In this document: positions 1 through 13,737 of the stretch, piece by piece
Layout of the letters: every line of letters begins with the position of its first letter
How positions within the stretch are numbered: the first letter of the stretch is position 1
Source: the human T2T-CHM13v2.0 reference genome, Homo sapiens
Reading direction: 5' to 3' (one strand)
Length of the DNA stretch: 64,000 nucleotides
NCBI RefSeq assembly: GCF_009914755.1
Contig: NC_060935.1
Translations under genes and position numbers: made by a program
Notes under the pieces: model-generated
What the model was told of the DNA's origin: nothing
The model's input: only the letters and a program-made list of their open reading frames with translations
Database searches by the model: none

Positions 1-395
1 GTGGAGTGGCTGTCACTTCTTGCTAAAGAGCACTGTACTGGGCCTCATGCTTTTTGAAACCAGGAACAGTCATCAGGCATAGAAATTAGGACAAAAGGGT
101 TTCAAACTGCCTATACACAATCACCTTGGGCAATCAATAAATCAGTATATATATGTACATACACACATGCTATACATACACACACATCTCAAATGATTAG
201 CCCTATACTATCTGTTCCTATCACCTTAAAGTATTACTCATTTAATTTATTTCTTCCTCAGACTATTACTATAAGAGGGCAGTAATTTCTTAGCTTCATT
301 GCTTAAAAGAGTACCTAAGGTACATAGTACATGTTCAATAAATATTTTTCAAATTAATGAATGAATAAGAGAGATACAAGCAGAAGAGTATGGAC

Positions 396-560
396 AAACA
401 TATTTATTGAGCATCTACCATGCAGCAGACACTGTACTAAGCAATTTGCTTATATTATCTCATTTAATCCTAACCCCAACCCTACTGAGGGGGTGTCATT
501 ATCCCCAGTTCACAGACGAAGAGACTGAGGTTCACAGGAAATTAGCTCATGATCACTTAG
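396..560 (-). mobile_element. MIR SINE fragment (an L2 3' tail lies just upstream at ~255-367)
   Basis: catatttattgagcatctac...atctcatttaatcct...ttatccccagttcacagacgaagagactgagg is the reverse complement of the MIR core. Confidence 0.8.
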
Positions 561-3500
561 CTTTTTTAACTGCAGAATTCTTATGGAACCAAGAAGCACC
601 ACTTTCCTGGAACCTCTAATCCATTCACCATTGTATAGACAGAGAACATGTAAGACAGCAAGCCAGCTGGTAAACCAAGGGTAGCATGTTGTTTCAATAA
701 ATGGCTACAAATCATCATCTGATGATATATAGTCATCTTTCTGTTTCACAGTGGGGTATGTCTGTATTTGGCAATAGAGTTTCATTAATCAGGAAATGGA
801 GGCAGAGGTAGATCTAAAATCAGGAGGGTTTGGTTGGATATAGGTGAATGATAGATGACTATTTTGTTCTGCATTTAAGAAATGCCTCTTTATCAACACC
901 ATTGATAAATGAATGGAGAAGTGAAGAATTTCCACCCAAATTAGTCACATTTAGTCTTCTACTATTTCAACAAAGCTTCTGTCTCTTGGTCTCAGGATCT
1001 CACTCTCTTGCCTTCTCTATTGTGTTATGTCTGAGCCAATGACATAACTACACATTATGAATGTACTGCCTCTTGGGCCCTGGAACAAACCCCTATTTGG
1101 CCATGAAGAGGATGTTCTGAGCAGGTGAACAGCAACACTGAGAGAGGATATCTTTTTCTTTGTGAGCTAAGGAGCTCCTCAACTCTGGAGGGCAATCCCA
1201 GTATGGTGAGGACTGGTTGGGGCACATGCTCCATTCCAGTGACAGTAAGTGTTTCTCCTTTTCTTAAAAAAAAAAATTGCTTTTTTTAAAGCAGACCAAG
1301 TGATAAACTATTAAGAAGCTAAACTACCTTTCTTATAGAGTTTTTAAACTGAGCCTCTGAGAAGGAGTTTGATAAAATTCAATGAAGTAATACCTTTGTC
1401 CATTTGAGCATTAAATGGCCCATTGAAATACAGCTTAGATGGAGGGAATTTCAAAAGACAGTACTTTCCAATTTTTTTAGAAAATTTCTCTCCCAGCTGA
1501 CTAGAGCAGAGCTTACAAAATGCAGCTCAATCACTTTCCACAGTCTCTCAGGTCAGCCTCTCACCAGCGTTAATTAAATATAACCCCCTTAGAATACGAG
1601 AGGTTAAGTGAGAGCAACATAGCATTCTTATCCAATACATTACTGTGAACATAAATGACCATAATCTGTTTATAAGAAGACTTCTTTTAGCACAGAGGTC
1701 TCACTAATGAAAAATTATAAGAGGCAAAGCAACATAATGTGACAACTGTTCATCACAAAACACATTTTAAACTACCCATTTCCACATCCATTGTGCTTAA
1801 ATAACACATATCATAAAGAAAATTGGTGTAACAGATGGTTTCAGTTCTGGGTAGCAAATGCTACCAGTTTTCAGTGTGATAAAGGGAAACAGTAAAAGCC
1901 AGTACATAATTCAGGCAGTCTCTTACCTAAAGGTCTTCCTTCTCCTCAAGTTAGAGACACTTTCCCCACAAGCTTCAAGTTTTAGTATTTTTTCTTTTTT
2001 AACTAGATGCTGAATCTTCTATGGCACAACTTGAACAAACTCTAAAACTGAATAATTGCTGAAACAATATGTTTCTATACTAGCCACTTTAAATTAGAAA
2101 AGTCTCTTTAAGCTACAGGTTTATGGTTCTAAAAAGTTCCATGCACTGCCCAGAGCTATTTGTAAATTAAATCGTTTAAAATAAAGCTCTTTAATACTCT
2201 ATAATTAGTCTTGTCTCTCTGAACATGACTTTACTGTAAATGCTCCTTCTTGACTCTCCTATTGTCCCAAGATTCCTGAGAAGAAAGCAGCCAGGCGATA
2301 ATTCAACATTATTGCTGCTTCAGTGCACTAATCGCTTAAAGAGCAGCAAAGACTCTGTGCTCTCTGCCCCACAGTTCCCGCAGACTCCTGGCCTGAGGCA
2401 GGCATCGTGACCCAGCAACATCCAGATGTCAAGAGGAATACCCAGCTCCTAATGCAGCAGGCGCTCCATCCCAGTATGGTCAAACATCTGCTTCATCTGC
2501 TGGCATGCAACCTGCTGAACATGCTCAGAGTGCATCCCAGACTAGGGATGGGCAAGGATAGAGCTCCCCAGCTACTCCAGGAGACTCATCAAAACTTTGA
2601 AACTATAAGACAGGCCCAGAAACTCTCAAAAAAACAGGGTTCTGGCATTCAGCAAAAACATACTAAACATTTTCCTAAAGGAAAGCCACGGAATAAGATA
2701 AGACAGTTTTTATCACAGTAGTTCTACTGCTCATTAAATTCTCTTAGGTTTGACGTTTATTCTGGATGTTAACTGGAAATTTGAAAAATACGTGAACTCT
2801 TTGGGATTCTGAGAATGTCATACTGACTTTGAAATTTTTCTCTTTTATAATTTAATTAAGTTGCCTTTAATTCACTTGAATATTATAACAAGAGAAGAAT
2901 AAATTATACAAGAAAGCTTCTATTCCTATATACCAGTCAACAGAGCTTAATGCCAAGAATCCTGACCAAGAGGTAAAATTTAAAATACACTTAAACCATC
3001 TATTACAGTCCTATTTTGTTTACTAGAATAGTAATCTTGTCTAAGTCACTTAACTCTTCTGAGCTTCACTTTCTTCTTCCAAAATATGGGAATAATATTA
3101 AAACATTTACACAAAGGCTAAATATAAATTGTTTTTTAACTGTAAAAGGCTATAAAATAGGTATGTGTTTATACATGTATACATATATGTATGTATATAT
3201 GTGTACACATATAATATTAATACTACTCATGTTTCTTTTAAAAATTTTGTTTTAGAAAGAAATTTAGTCTCCTTTGTAATATCCAATTTACACATCAATT
3301 ATAGCTAAGAATGATTTCATTCATCCTATGAGATTTCGGTAACTAGCATCCTATAAAACCTAATGAACAGTTCCCAGGTTCTCACCAAATTTCATATTTA
3401 CTTCACTGTGAAAGGCAGACTTATATACTATTAAACTAAAAAATAATATTCCCTTATTGACAGCCTGAGTACATGATATGCTTAATACTACTGAAGAGAG

Positions 3501-3800
3501 TTGTGACTGTTCTAGCCAGAAGTGACTGGCTAGAATAAAAGTTTTAGTCTTAAATATCAAAGTGAAGGAAAAAAAAACTGAGGATAAACAGTCTAATAGG
3601 TCTTAATTTTAAAAAATTTTCCCACCCAGATTGAGGCAGATGGGATAGGTGAGGATATTTCTGCTAAGATGAGTAAGATTTGCAGTCTCATTTCTTTATT
3701 ATATATTCCTTTCCTTATTTTCTCTTCTCCCACTAGAAGGTAAAATTCTCAGAGGGCAGGGACTTTGTTTTATTCATTGATACGTCCCCACTATGTAAAA

Positions 3801-3978
3801 TAGGTGTTCTCAATCTTCGCACTATTGGAATTTTAGACTGTATAATTCTTTGCTGTGGGTGGCTGTTCTGTGCTTTGCAGGGTGTTTAGCAGCATCCTCA
3901 CCCTCTAGACATTGTCAACCACACCCTTGTGGGACAGGGTGGGGGGTGGGGAAAGTTGCCCTCAGCTGAAGACTGCTG
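3801..3978 (-). mobile_element. MER20 (hAT-Charlie) with an internal deletion, nested in an L2 3' end (~3715-4040)
   Basis: ttctcaatcttcgcactattg...ataattctttgctgtggg...gtttagcagcatcc matches the reverse complement of MER20. Both flanks are continuous L2 tail sequence. Confidence 0.8.
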
Positions 3979-4074
3979 TCTAGTACAGGACCTGGCATAT
4001 AATACGTGCTAAAAAATTTTTTTGCTGAGTAATTGAATTAAATTTATTGTGTTAATTTGCTTGCAAACTTTCTT

Positions 4075-4520
4075 AAATACTTTTCTTAGGGTAGTTTTAG
4101 GTTTGCAGCAAAATTAAGAGGAAAGTAAAGCGATTTCCCATATACTCCCTGTTCCCATACATGTACAGTCTCCCCCATTATAAACAGCCCCCACCTGAGT
4201 GGTATATTTGTTACAATTGATGAGCCTACATTGACACATCATAATCACCTAAAGTCCAGAGTTTACATTAGGGTTCACTCTTGGCGTTGTACATTTTATG
4301 TGTTTGGACAAATATATAATGACATGTATCTACCATTATACTCTCATACAGAATATTTTCACTACATAATATTTCACTAAAAATCCTCTGTGCTCTGCCT
4401 TTTCACCCCTCTCCTCATCCTAAATCCCTGGCACCCACTGATATTTTTACTGTCTCCATAGTTGCGCCCTTTCCAGAATGTCACATAGTTGGAATCATGT
4501 AGTATGCTGCCTTTTTCAAA
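4075..4520 (-). mobile_element. L1MC-type 3' UTR fragment
   Basis: tttaggtttgcagcaaaattaagaggaaag...gtttacattagggttcactcttgg...tttccagaatgtcacatagttggaatc is typical of L1MC 3' ends. Confidence 0.75.
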
Positions 4521-7500
4521 TTTCCTGAGCATGATCATTTATAAACTCTCTTTAAATGTAGATTTTGACACAACTCTAATGATACAATAAGTGTTAAGTT
4601 ATTCCAACAGTTACATTCAAAGCTACCACATGTGATTTCAAGTAAGAAGAATTTTAAAAGGATGTAATACTTCATTCTTTCTTTAATTTAAATGAGTAGA
4701 TAAATTAGAGGGAAAACTTGATAGGGAATTTGTAGGGTGACAGCAGCTCTATTTCAAACTGGCTTCAAATGAGCACTGTAGGCTTGCACTTTGTATAGTT
4801 TGAGATAGTCAAATACACGGATATATTTGAAGCAATAAATTTTTCATACATATCTGTCACTTATTTACTTTTGTTTTAGTTCATACCATTCAAGGTCAAT
4901 AGCTCTAGGGGAATTGCTGACAAGGCATCAAGGATTATGGTCTAGGTTAATATAGACATTGTAACATCAACCTGTAGCCTGTTGGTTACAGGTATGGTAG
5001 CTGGTGCTATAAGAGAAACACACAGTGAGAAATGAACTCAATGCAGTTTATTGGAAATTAAGAATTCTAGTTTAAATCTTTGCTTCTCCAAATGAATATG
5101 AAGAGAGAGGCCTTAGGAAATTTATTTGGCTCTAACTTGGTTCCATTTCTTAGTCCATTAAATGGAAATGCAAATACTTGGTTAAATATGCATTGAATGG
5201 ATATCAGTATCAAATAATTCATGTTTAGAAAACCGGGGGGAAAGCGTTAAATTAGTTCCTCTCAATTTGACTCAAGATGACTCTACTGCTGTCACCAATT
5301 ATAAGAGAAGAATGAAAGGTAGGAACATATATAATGATTTTTTAAAATCCACATACTACCCACATAGCACCTGATACATATTTAGTGCTTGTTTATTTAC
5401 ATATAATTGAGAAAAGAATCCTTTATTAATGCCATTTAAGCTTGGGAAGATACAGAAGAGAATCCAGTTATTATCCTAATCTTTATAATCTAGAACAGCT
5501 AAAATAAAGCAAGATGTTTTCAAATCAGTACATTGAGTTTAAATCATCATAAATTTTCCCTGAGTTTACCTGTAGCATATGAACTCTTCTACAAATAAAA
5601 CAGAAAAGAGGAACTGGCAGAACAGTAATAGCTATGTGCCAGCTCTAGTGGTCAGAAGTGAGGAGAAACCATCCAACTGTAGCTTCTCAATCTCTTTTAA
5701 TTAAAATATCGTAAAAAATGTCTTTCTCCTGTTCTGCCTATTCTGTTACCTGGAAGGTCAAATATTTTATCATATATTTTTCTGAATATAAATTTCCTAA
5801 ATGTTGAATATCCTGACTTATTCCATGGTTGGAAACAGAAGTGAAGCATTTTCTAAAATGCTAGAATGTTTTGCTTTCAAACTTTCTAATGTACCCTTAA
5901 TCACATCATCTCTCAGAATTCCAACGTAGCTCATTACAACATATACATACATGCAGATATATGATACATAATATCAACCAAAAATATTTTAAAACTTCAG
6001 TTTGGTAAAACAGGAATAAAAATACCTGTCATTATTTTAGAAATCATCACATCTTACAAGAAATCTATGTAAATGTAATTACATGCGTTCACACACTGGA
6101 AGCTGCCTATTGAGTGGATTAATTAGTGGGGCTAGAGCTAAATGACTGTTGACAAAAATCTTGTATCAGGAGAGATAGAGGACTACATTGGTTTTGAGTA
6201 TAGCTGACTATCCCACCAATCAAATAACTCAAACACAGTGATTAACAGAGCTTATGTGAGAAGAGCCAACTCTCTGAACTTTCAGGTATTACTTTAAAAC
6301 CAAATAAAAAGCAAAGTTCCAAAAGAAAATCCAGTTTATCCAATGTTTTAGTTTGAGGGTGGGTATAAACTTCTGCTTCACTGACTACAATGGCAAGCTA
6401 GATTTCTAAGCATTAGGAATTGCCTTTATATTTGGCATCCTTCCCTAATCTACCTATATTTCTTTAGCCTCCATTAGGATTCACTTGATACCTGCACTTT
6501 TTCTTAAGAAGCCTATCTAGAAAAGTTGTTGACATAAAAGAGTGTCTCTTATAGACAGAGCACTCAACCAAATATTTTCCGGAAAAAAAAAAGGTTTTCA
6601 AAGGAGCTTGGGTCCCAGATGTCCACCAAAGATGAAATGCATTAATTCGTCCATTTTGCCAAATACTGTGCTAGGCAATGCTAAGGATTCCACAGTAAAC
6701 AAAAGAGACAAAAAATTCCCTGAATTAATTAACTTATACTCTAGTAGGTTAGACCCACCCATCAGAAGTACTTTAGACAATAAATCTAGAGTAGAATTGA
6801 CTGCTTACTGAGGTTACTGAAAAGTTTTACCTATTCTGATGATGGTTCAGGGAACATTTGTGGAAATCTAATACATGCTTTATTATTGCATTTATCATTT
6901 ATAAGAACCCTGAGAATGTATATTATGCTCATTTTACAATGAAAAAAACTGCAAATGGAGGTATTTTGTAACAGTGCAAGACAACAGAGCAAGAAAGTTA
7001 TAGTGGAAACTCTAATCCAAAGTTCTAATTCCATAAATGGAGTTAATTCCATTAGCCTACAGCTCATCTAAGCCTAGTTGTAATGGTCCTCCCAAATTCC
7101 ACCACACTCTTAAAAATCAAGAAAAGAGTCAGAAGGGTGAGTGAAGGCTGATTAAGAGAAAAGCATGCATTCTCTTCAAAGCAGAGCCCCATGGCTGGCA
7201 TCCTCAAAACAAGCTTTGAGTCAGTTCATTCCTCTTTCTCCATTGGGTAGCCAGTAATAGGTCACCCTAATCATCTATTTATTCCACCCTCTTCTCTATT
7301 AGAAATCACAACTTTCCAAGACTGCCCAGCAAAGCTAACTCCATCACCCTCCCATTCCCCCACACCACTGAGGCATCTTTACAATTGCAAATAAGAAGAC
7401 AGGGTACAACAGACAGTGCAGAGCCTCTAAATACAACATCATAAAGACTCAGGCTGCAACTGAAATAGAAATACAGCATTCTCAATGCTGATGGGCACTT

Positions 7501-10370
7501 CTTTACTTTCCATTTGTAGCACAAAAATTGACAATATCATTTAAATAAAATATGTGCTTGTATTCATTTTTGCAAAAACTTCAATTGTTCTCCTCCATCT
7601 TTGCAAACTTGGCAAGACTTCAGTAGTTTCATTTAAGAATAACGTATGGTTGACAGGTTTTCTTAGTGCTTTAAGACTCTAACTATATTCCTTTCCTCAA
7701 ATCTCCCCTAAACTACACATAAGACCCATCAAATAACAGTGAAAATTGCATTTATATTGACATTTTTAATTTTCTTATACAATTCTTTCATTTAGGCTAC
7801 TATCCATACTATCATTATAAGAAATAGTCTGTTAAAATATGTTCCAACTAAAGCTTAGTGAACTTTAAATGCTAGACAAAAATCATTCTCTGAAGCTAAT
7901 GAAGACAGAAACTCTGCCTGTAACAATATTAAGTTTGTTTTTTTCTGGTGATTCAGAGAAGTGAGCAATCTGTCAGTAATACATTGAGTGAAATTACTTG
8001 TCTTGGAGGAATAACTGCTGACAGTCGCTTTATCTCAGGGCTGACCCAAACATCTTCCTGCTGACAAACAAATTACTATGTCTAACTTTGAAAAGGTAAC
8101 TGGCTTGCTTTAATTTTGATTGGTCTTTCAGAATCTCTTATACATATACTGAGCCCCATCCTTCATTGTATTTTTTTAAAAAGGCAACAAAAGTGTTTTG
8201 GGGGGGACAGGTTTGAATTAATAAGTAATAAAAAATAGTAAGAAAAGAATAACCCTATTATTTGATGCTAAGAAAAAGAACTGATACGCTTCCTTCCAAG
8301 ACTGTTATGTGGATGTGACTGGTAAGTCTTAATGTCTACCCAACATTAAGACTGGCAGTGCCGCCAGTGACTGACTGGGTGAGTGAACACATTACTGAGA
8401 TAGTATAGTAGGAATTAATTTTCTTCAATAAAGTGATTTTTAAGGCTCATATATTTCACAATCTAAACATATGTCACTGTTTCATAAACAAAATAAATGG
8501 ATTAAAATAATACATTACCAATATGCTGACACATGGAGATATTTTAATTAGAAATGCTTAAGCTGTGTGATATCTAACTGCTGTATTTGCTAAAGAGAAG
8601 CATGCATCATTTAATAAGAAGGCATGAGGCAGGTGGATCACTTTGCATATGGTACCAGATTTTGTTTAATATAAGCTACAACTATGAGGCAACACTACTC
8701 CCCATTAAAAACAAAACAAAACAAAACAAAATTAAGGGTCTATCATATTGAAAATAACCATATAAAATGAATAAATACACTGAAGTCCCTTTTTCATTAA
8801 AAAAAAAAAGTCATCCAGAGCTTAGTTCCCACGACAATATTTCTTCAGAAACAATCTAACATCATCACTATTTAAAGGCTAAATTTACATGACTGCCTCA
8901 TTATACTGGTTCCCTTTCCTTAACATTCTTTTTGACTTACTTAAGGACCAATGATAACATAGCTGAAGAAAGCAAATGGCAACTGGTCCTGAAATTTATA
9001 CGGGTGAGAGAACTGGAATAAGCAGCAGTATAATACATTGTTTACTGTAGCAAGTGCTCTCTGTTCTCTAAAGGTCAAAAGCATTGTAACCTTAGAGTTA
9101 CAGTTTCTGATTGTTCCCAGGGTTTAATAAATTATCAAAATTAATGGTTCAAACCCCTCAACCTTCAGATATATGAGTATTCATGCCTGCATCTGCTGAA
9201 CTGTTCAACTAAAAATAGCACTCTTTGGCCTTCTTTCTCCTAATATTGTGCCCCTGAGGCAGAGAAAACCATGCCTTAGATCAGCACAGTAGTATTTTAA
9301 AAAATGGTCTTTACGGAATCTTCCTTATTTTAAAGAAAGAAAGTAATGGCATATGCTAATATAAGGAGAGTCTTTCAATTTTAAATAACTTTTCTCTACT
9401 TGATAAAATTTCAGGGTATACTTAATATATACCAAATGTTGTTAAGATTTACCCAGGCTCATTAATATTAGAAATGACAACCTTTGAAGGACAAATTAAC
9501 TGTAACATGAAGTAGAGAACACCATTTCTGAGTAATGCATGCAGTGGGGTGGGGGAGTATATGTGTTATAAGCTTTCCCTCCTAAGAATCTCTGTTTAGA
9601 AATAAAACCAGTTAATATCATTGTAATGTTTTCTAAGTAGCAATAGTTTATCATGATCATGTTTCTTGACATAACTGTGACATTTTAGCTTATCAAAGGA
9701 GGGGAGAAGACCCTAGCTAGAAAAGAAAGCAGATTTAAATAACAATAAACCAAGATATTATTAAAATATCCCTCTACCCTCGCTCAAGATTTAAAACGTT
9801 ACTATCTAGCACCTTAGATATGGGTGTCTACTATGCTATTCACAGATGTCCCAATAAACATGCTATACTCATACTAGGAAAGTTTGGGAAACCCATCTTT
9901 TAAACAAGGTCGATCTTTTCTAACCAGAGTCCACATGAGCAAACAGATCAAAGGTTTCCTGACATGCAGGAAAAAGGTGCAAAAATAGGAGGTAATAGAA
10001 CAGAGCAAGAGTAAATAAAAACTGAGGAAACTATCAAAGCATCCAGATTTAAACTGCAAAGCTATGAAGGCTCTTGCATTAATGGTTTACCTGTTTAGCC
10101 TAATTAAAGTGACAGACACGTGACATATGCTGTGCTTCTAGATCAGCATCACTACAGCACTACAGAGCTCTGACACTCATATGCATGACATCATGGTTTC
10201 CAGAAACCCAACAGAAGCCAGATTTGACACATCAGGGATCAGTGATGGTGTGGGGGTTGGGAGTGGGGGGTGGGAGAGAAGCCGATCTGAGTGAAAAATT
10301 AGGCAAAAGAAGAGACTGGGTAGAAACCTGGCTAAGGGAAGATTGATGGGATAGAACACAACACTTCAAC

Positions 10371-10470
10371 AGAAAATCCAAAAGAAAAGTCCAACAGGAA
10401 AGTCCAACAGGAGAGAAAGAAAAGTCCCACCAGGAGAGGAAACAGAAAAGTCCAGCAGGAGAGGAAGTCT
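10371..10470. repeat. Degenerate short tandem repeat of aaagtcca(a/g)cagg(agag)
   Basis: aaagtccaacagg occurs twice, followed by aaagtcccaccaggagagg and aaagtccagcaggagagg. Confidence 0.7.
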
Positions 10471-11429
10471 TGAGTTTGAGCCAAGGCTACCTAATTTCTC
10501 ATTCTTCCAGGCATTTAAAAGCTCTCAAGCTGACTGTCCTGAGTAGATAAGCTTGCTAGTTGTCATCACACATATAAACTTGTTCCTAATGTCCAGTCAT
10601 TTCTTTCTAGCTCTCCTAGGCATAGATTTTCAGAATGCCCAGAAATGTGGTACTCACTCTACAGCCAAAAGAAAGCCTTAGAAATTTCTTCTGTCTGTAT
10701 AGAAGGCAGGAGATATTCTGAAAGTATGTGTCTAATCATGTCTGAGTGGAAACCCCCTCTCTACCTCTTATGTCAAAGCAAAAGAAAAGAGGGAGGCAGT
10801 TAACAAGCTCTGGAATTCTACCTTAGGCTACTTCCAAGGGGGTCTTTGGTCTTGTCTCTTCCTTTTCTTAGGAGTGATCATTCCCTATCATTTTCCAAAA
10901 AGGTAGATTCACAAGCAGCAGAAAAGGTAACGTCAAAGGGACCTTTCATTGACTACATAGTGTTTGAGCTATACAGACCAGCAGAGCCATCAGAAGTTAA
11001 ATGTACATCTTGCTAGATGCAATTATTTTCATTTTTGGGTTGAGTTTCCCATCCTAGGTTGGACTATAAAATCTGCTATTATATCTAACCCAGAGAATTA
11101 AAGTGTGTTTCAGTTTGAGGTAAACTGTATCCACTTTTTAAAAAATTCAACAGATAGCTGGAAATTCTCCAATATGAGAGTCCCAGTGAGGGACCCCGGT
11201 GAGGCAGAAAAGGAATTAAGCATGAAATTGGAGAGAGAAGGACTGGGTTCTTATAGAAGAAAAGGTCTTGGTTTTCATAAGCCATCTTCTCTCAGTGGTA
11301 AGAATATCCCAACAAAACAACAAAGGACTCTACTGGAAGGTGAAATATGAAAAGAATACTACAGAAGTTTGTCTTGGAAAAAGCAATCATCCAGGCCCAG
11401 GCACCCACCCCTACTTCATTCTGAGAAAA

Positions 11430-11600
11430 CTGAGTACGTAGAATTAGAAATCCTGGGCAATAACCTTGACTCAACGAATATTTTATAGCCTTGGTTAAAT
11501 AACTTAACCTCTCCAAACCTCAGCTGTTTTATCTATACAAGCAGAATTATATTTGATCAAATTTACAGGGTTATTCTATGGTCAAATAATTTTTTAATGT
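11430..11600 (+). mobile_element. MIR fragment
   Basis: ccttggttaaataacttaacctctccaaacctcagctgttttatctata matches the MIR core. Confidence 0.6.
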
Positions 11601-11938
11601 TTAAGTATTTTTTAAAAAATACTATACAACACTATGCATAAGAAAATATAAAAGAGTGAGGGAAGAAACATGGTTTTGAAGACACTTATAATGTAAAGCT
11701 TTTGTGTGAATATATATGGCAAAGAACAACCTTAATTCAGGGGCATTGCTTTGGGATTTGCTTTTTTCTCTGAAAGAAAAGGGGCAAAAGAAGAGCCTCC
11801 TTAGGAATGAGAAAAAGGGAAAGATTAAGTTCAGTGTTTAGGTTGAGTGTTTGCCACTTTAAAAAAAAAAAAAAAAAGCCTAGAGTATGACTGAACAATC
11901 CAGTCCCCAACCCAATGAAGCATCAATGGAAGCATTCA

Positions 11939-12118
<180 letters not shown>

Positions 12119-13524
12119 TCATGAAACAGAATACATATTTCTAAATCCAGGGTATTGACCACATCAAAAAATAGAAAGTAGAAAGTTTAAGACTCAGTTT
12201 CTTTCTTTTACAGAAATTTGGTTACAGTATCAAACAGTGGCACTGATTTCTTGTTTCTGCCTCTGACTCAAGAAGATACTCAATAGCACAGCTATAGGAA
12301 GAGAAGAAATATATTAGGTTTACAATAGTGAGGGTTCTTTTTAGACTTGCACCAACTATAGTAGGTTTCAGTGTTAGTAGCGTGAAAGGTGAAGGTTTGC
12401 AAGAGAGGTGAGGTTGCTGCTCTTCTTAGGCGAAATTTCTAGCTCTGCTAGGCAGCCCATAATGGGTTACATCTTTATAACTTCCTGGATCATGACTCAT
12501 GACAAAATTTCTCAAAGTATTGCAGAAATTCTTTATTTGCAGATCCAGTTGGAAACATTCAAAATGATGTTTTTTCATGGGACAATAGTTGTATACTTTT
12601 TATGTTCAAGTCACATAGAGACTAGCAACACAAAAATAAAAATGCTTCACCAGATGCTATTCTGTAGATAATTTAAGAAAACTCAAAAATAATTATAGTA
12701 TATTTTAAGAATAAAAACTATCTTTAATAAAACTTTCTACTATATTGAAGTCAAGTTGTTGATTATCTTATATTCTCTAAATATCCAAATACTGAATGTT
12801 TGACTTATTTTAATGATCTCAGCTTTTTGTTTTTATTAATACAAATATACATTCATATTCAAAGTCAACCTCCCATTCAAGTGGTAGTAGTAGAAGGGTA
12901 TAATGATCAGCTATTCCTATTCCAAACTCACTTTATTGTGAAGAAGATAAGGTGTAAATGATTTTTCAATCAGCTTCCAAAACACTTTCCCCCCAAGTTT
13001 AGCTTTATAAATAAGAAACACCAATGCAAAATTTATCAGACACCATGCCCTGACTTTTGACCCTAGAAAGGGTGAGGACACATATATTAAGGAGCAATGC
13101 ATTTACAATTTACAAAATAATTATCATGTAATTTGAAAATAACAACCCCTTATTCTATGAGCTACAAGAAGGAAAAAATATCCAACATCATTTTTGTTTC
13201 AATTTTTATATGCAAAAGCTAATCTGGACATAAGTGGAGACACAGATGAAAAACTAACAAGGAAAAAGCTAACATGTATGCAGTAACAACTAGCCATTGA
13301 AATTGTAAAACTATTCACTCATCTGATAGAGAATACATAGTATTAAGTCCTAATGTGATCTTTTCCTTTAAAAATATTGAAACTGGCAGTTTTCTCTTCT
13401 ATTTGCATTACGATAAGCAAATAAGGTGTTAATCCTTCTGGGCTATGCTTAAAAAATTATTTAACATTCAGGCCATTATTTAGCATACAGCTGGTTAGCA
13501 GTTTTCCACTAAAGTACTGGCTCA

Positions 13525-13737
<213 letters not shown>

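Noticed and set aside
2407-2721. 104-aa + strand ORF
   Set aside because: GTG start, no recognisable homology or splice structure, and a length compatible with chance in a GC-richer patch.
8325-8353. 11-bp perfect hairpin agtcttaatgt-N7-acattaagact as a miRNA or terminator
   Set aside because: Too short for a pre-miRNA, and a stem of this length is not unexpected in 64 kb of AT-rich DNA.
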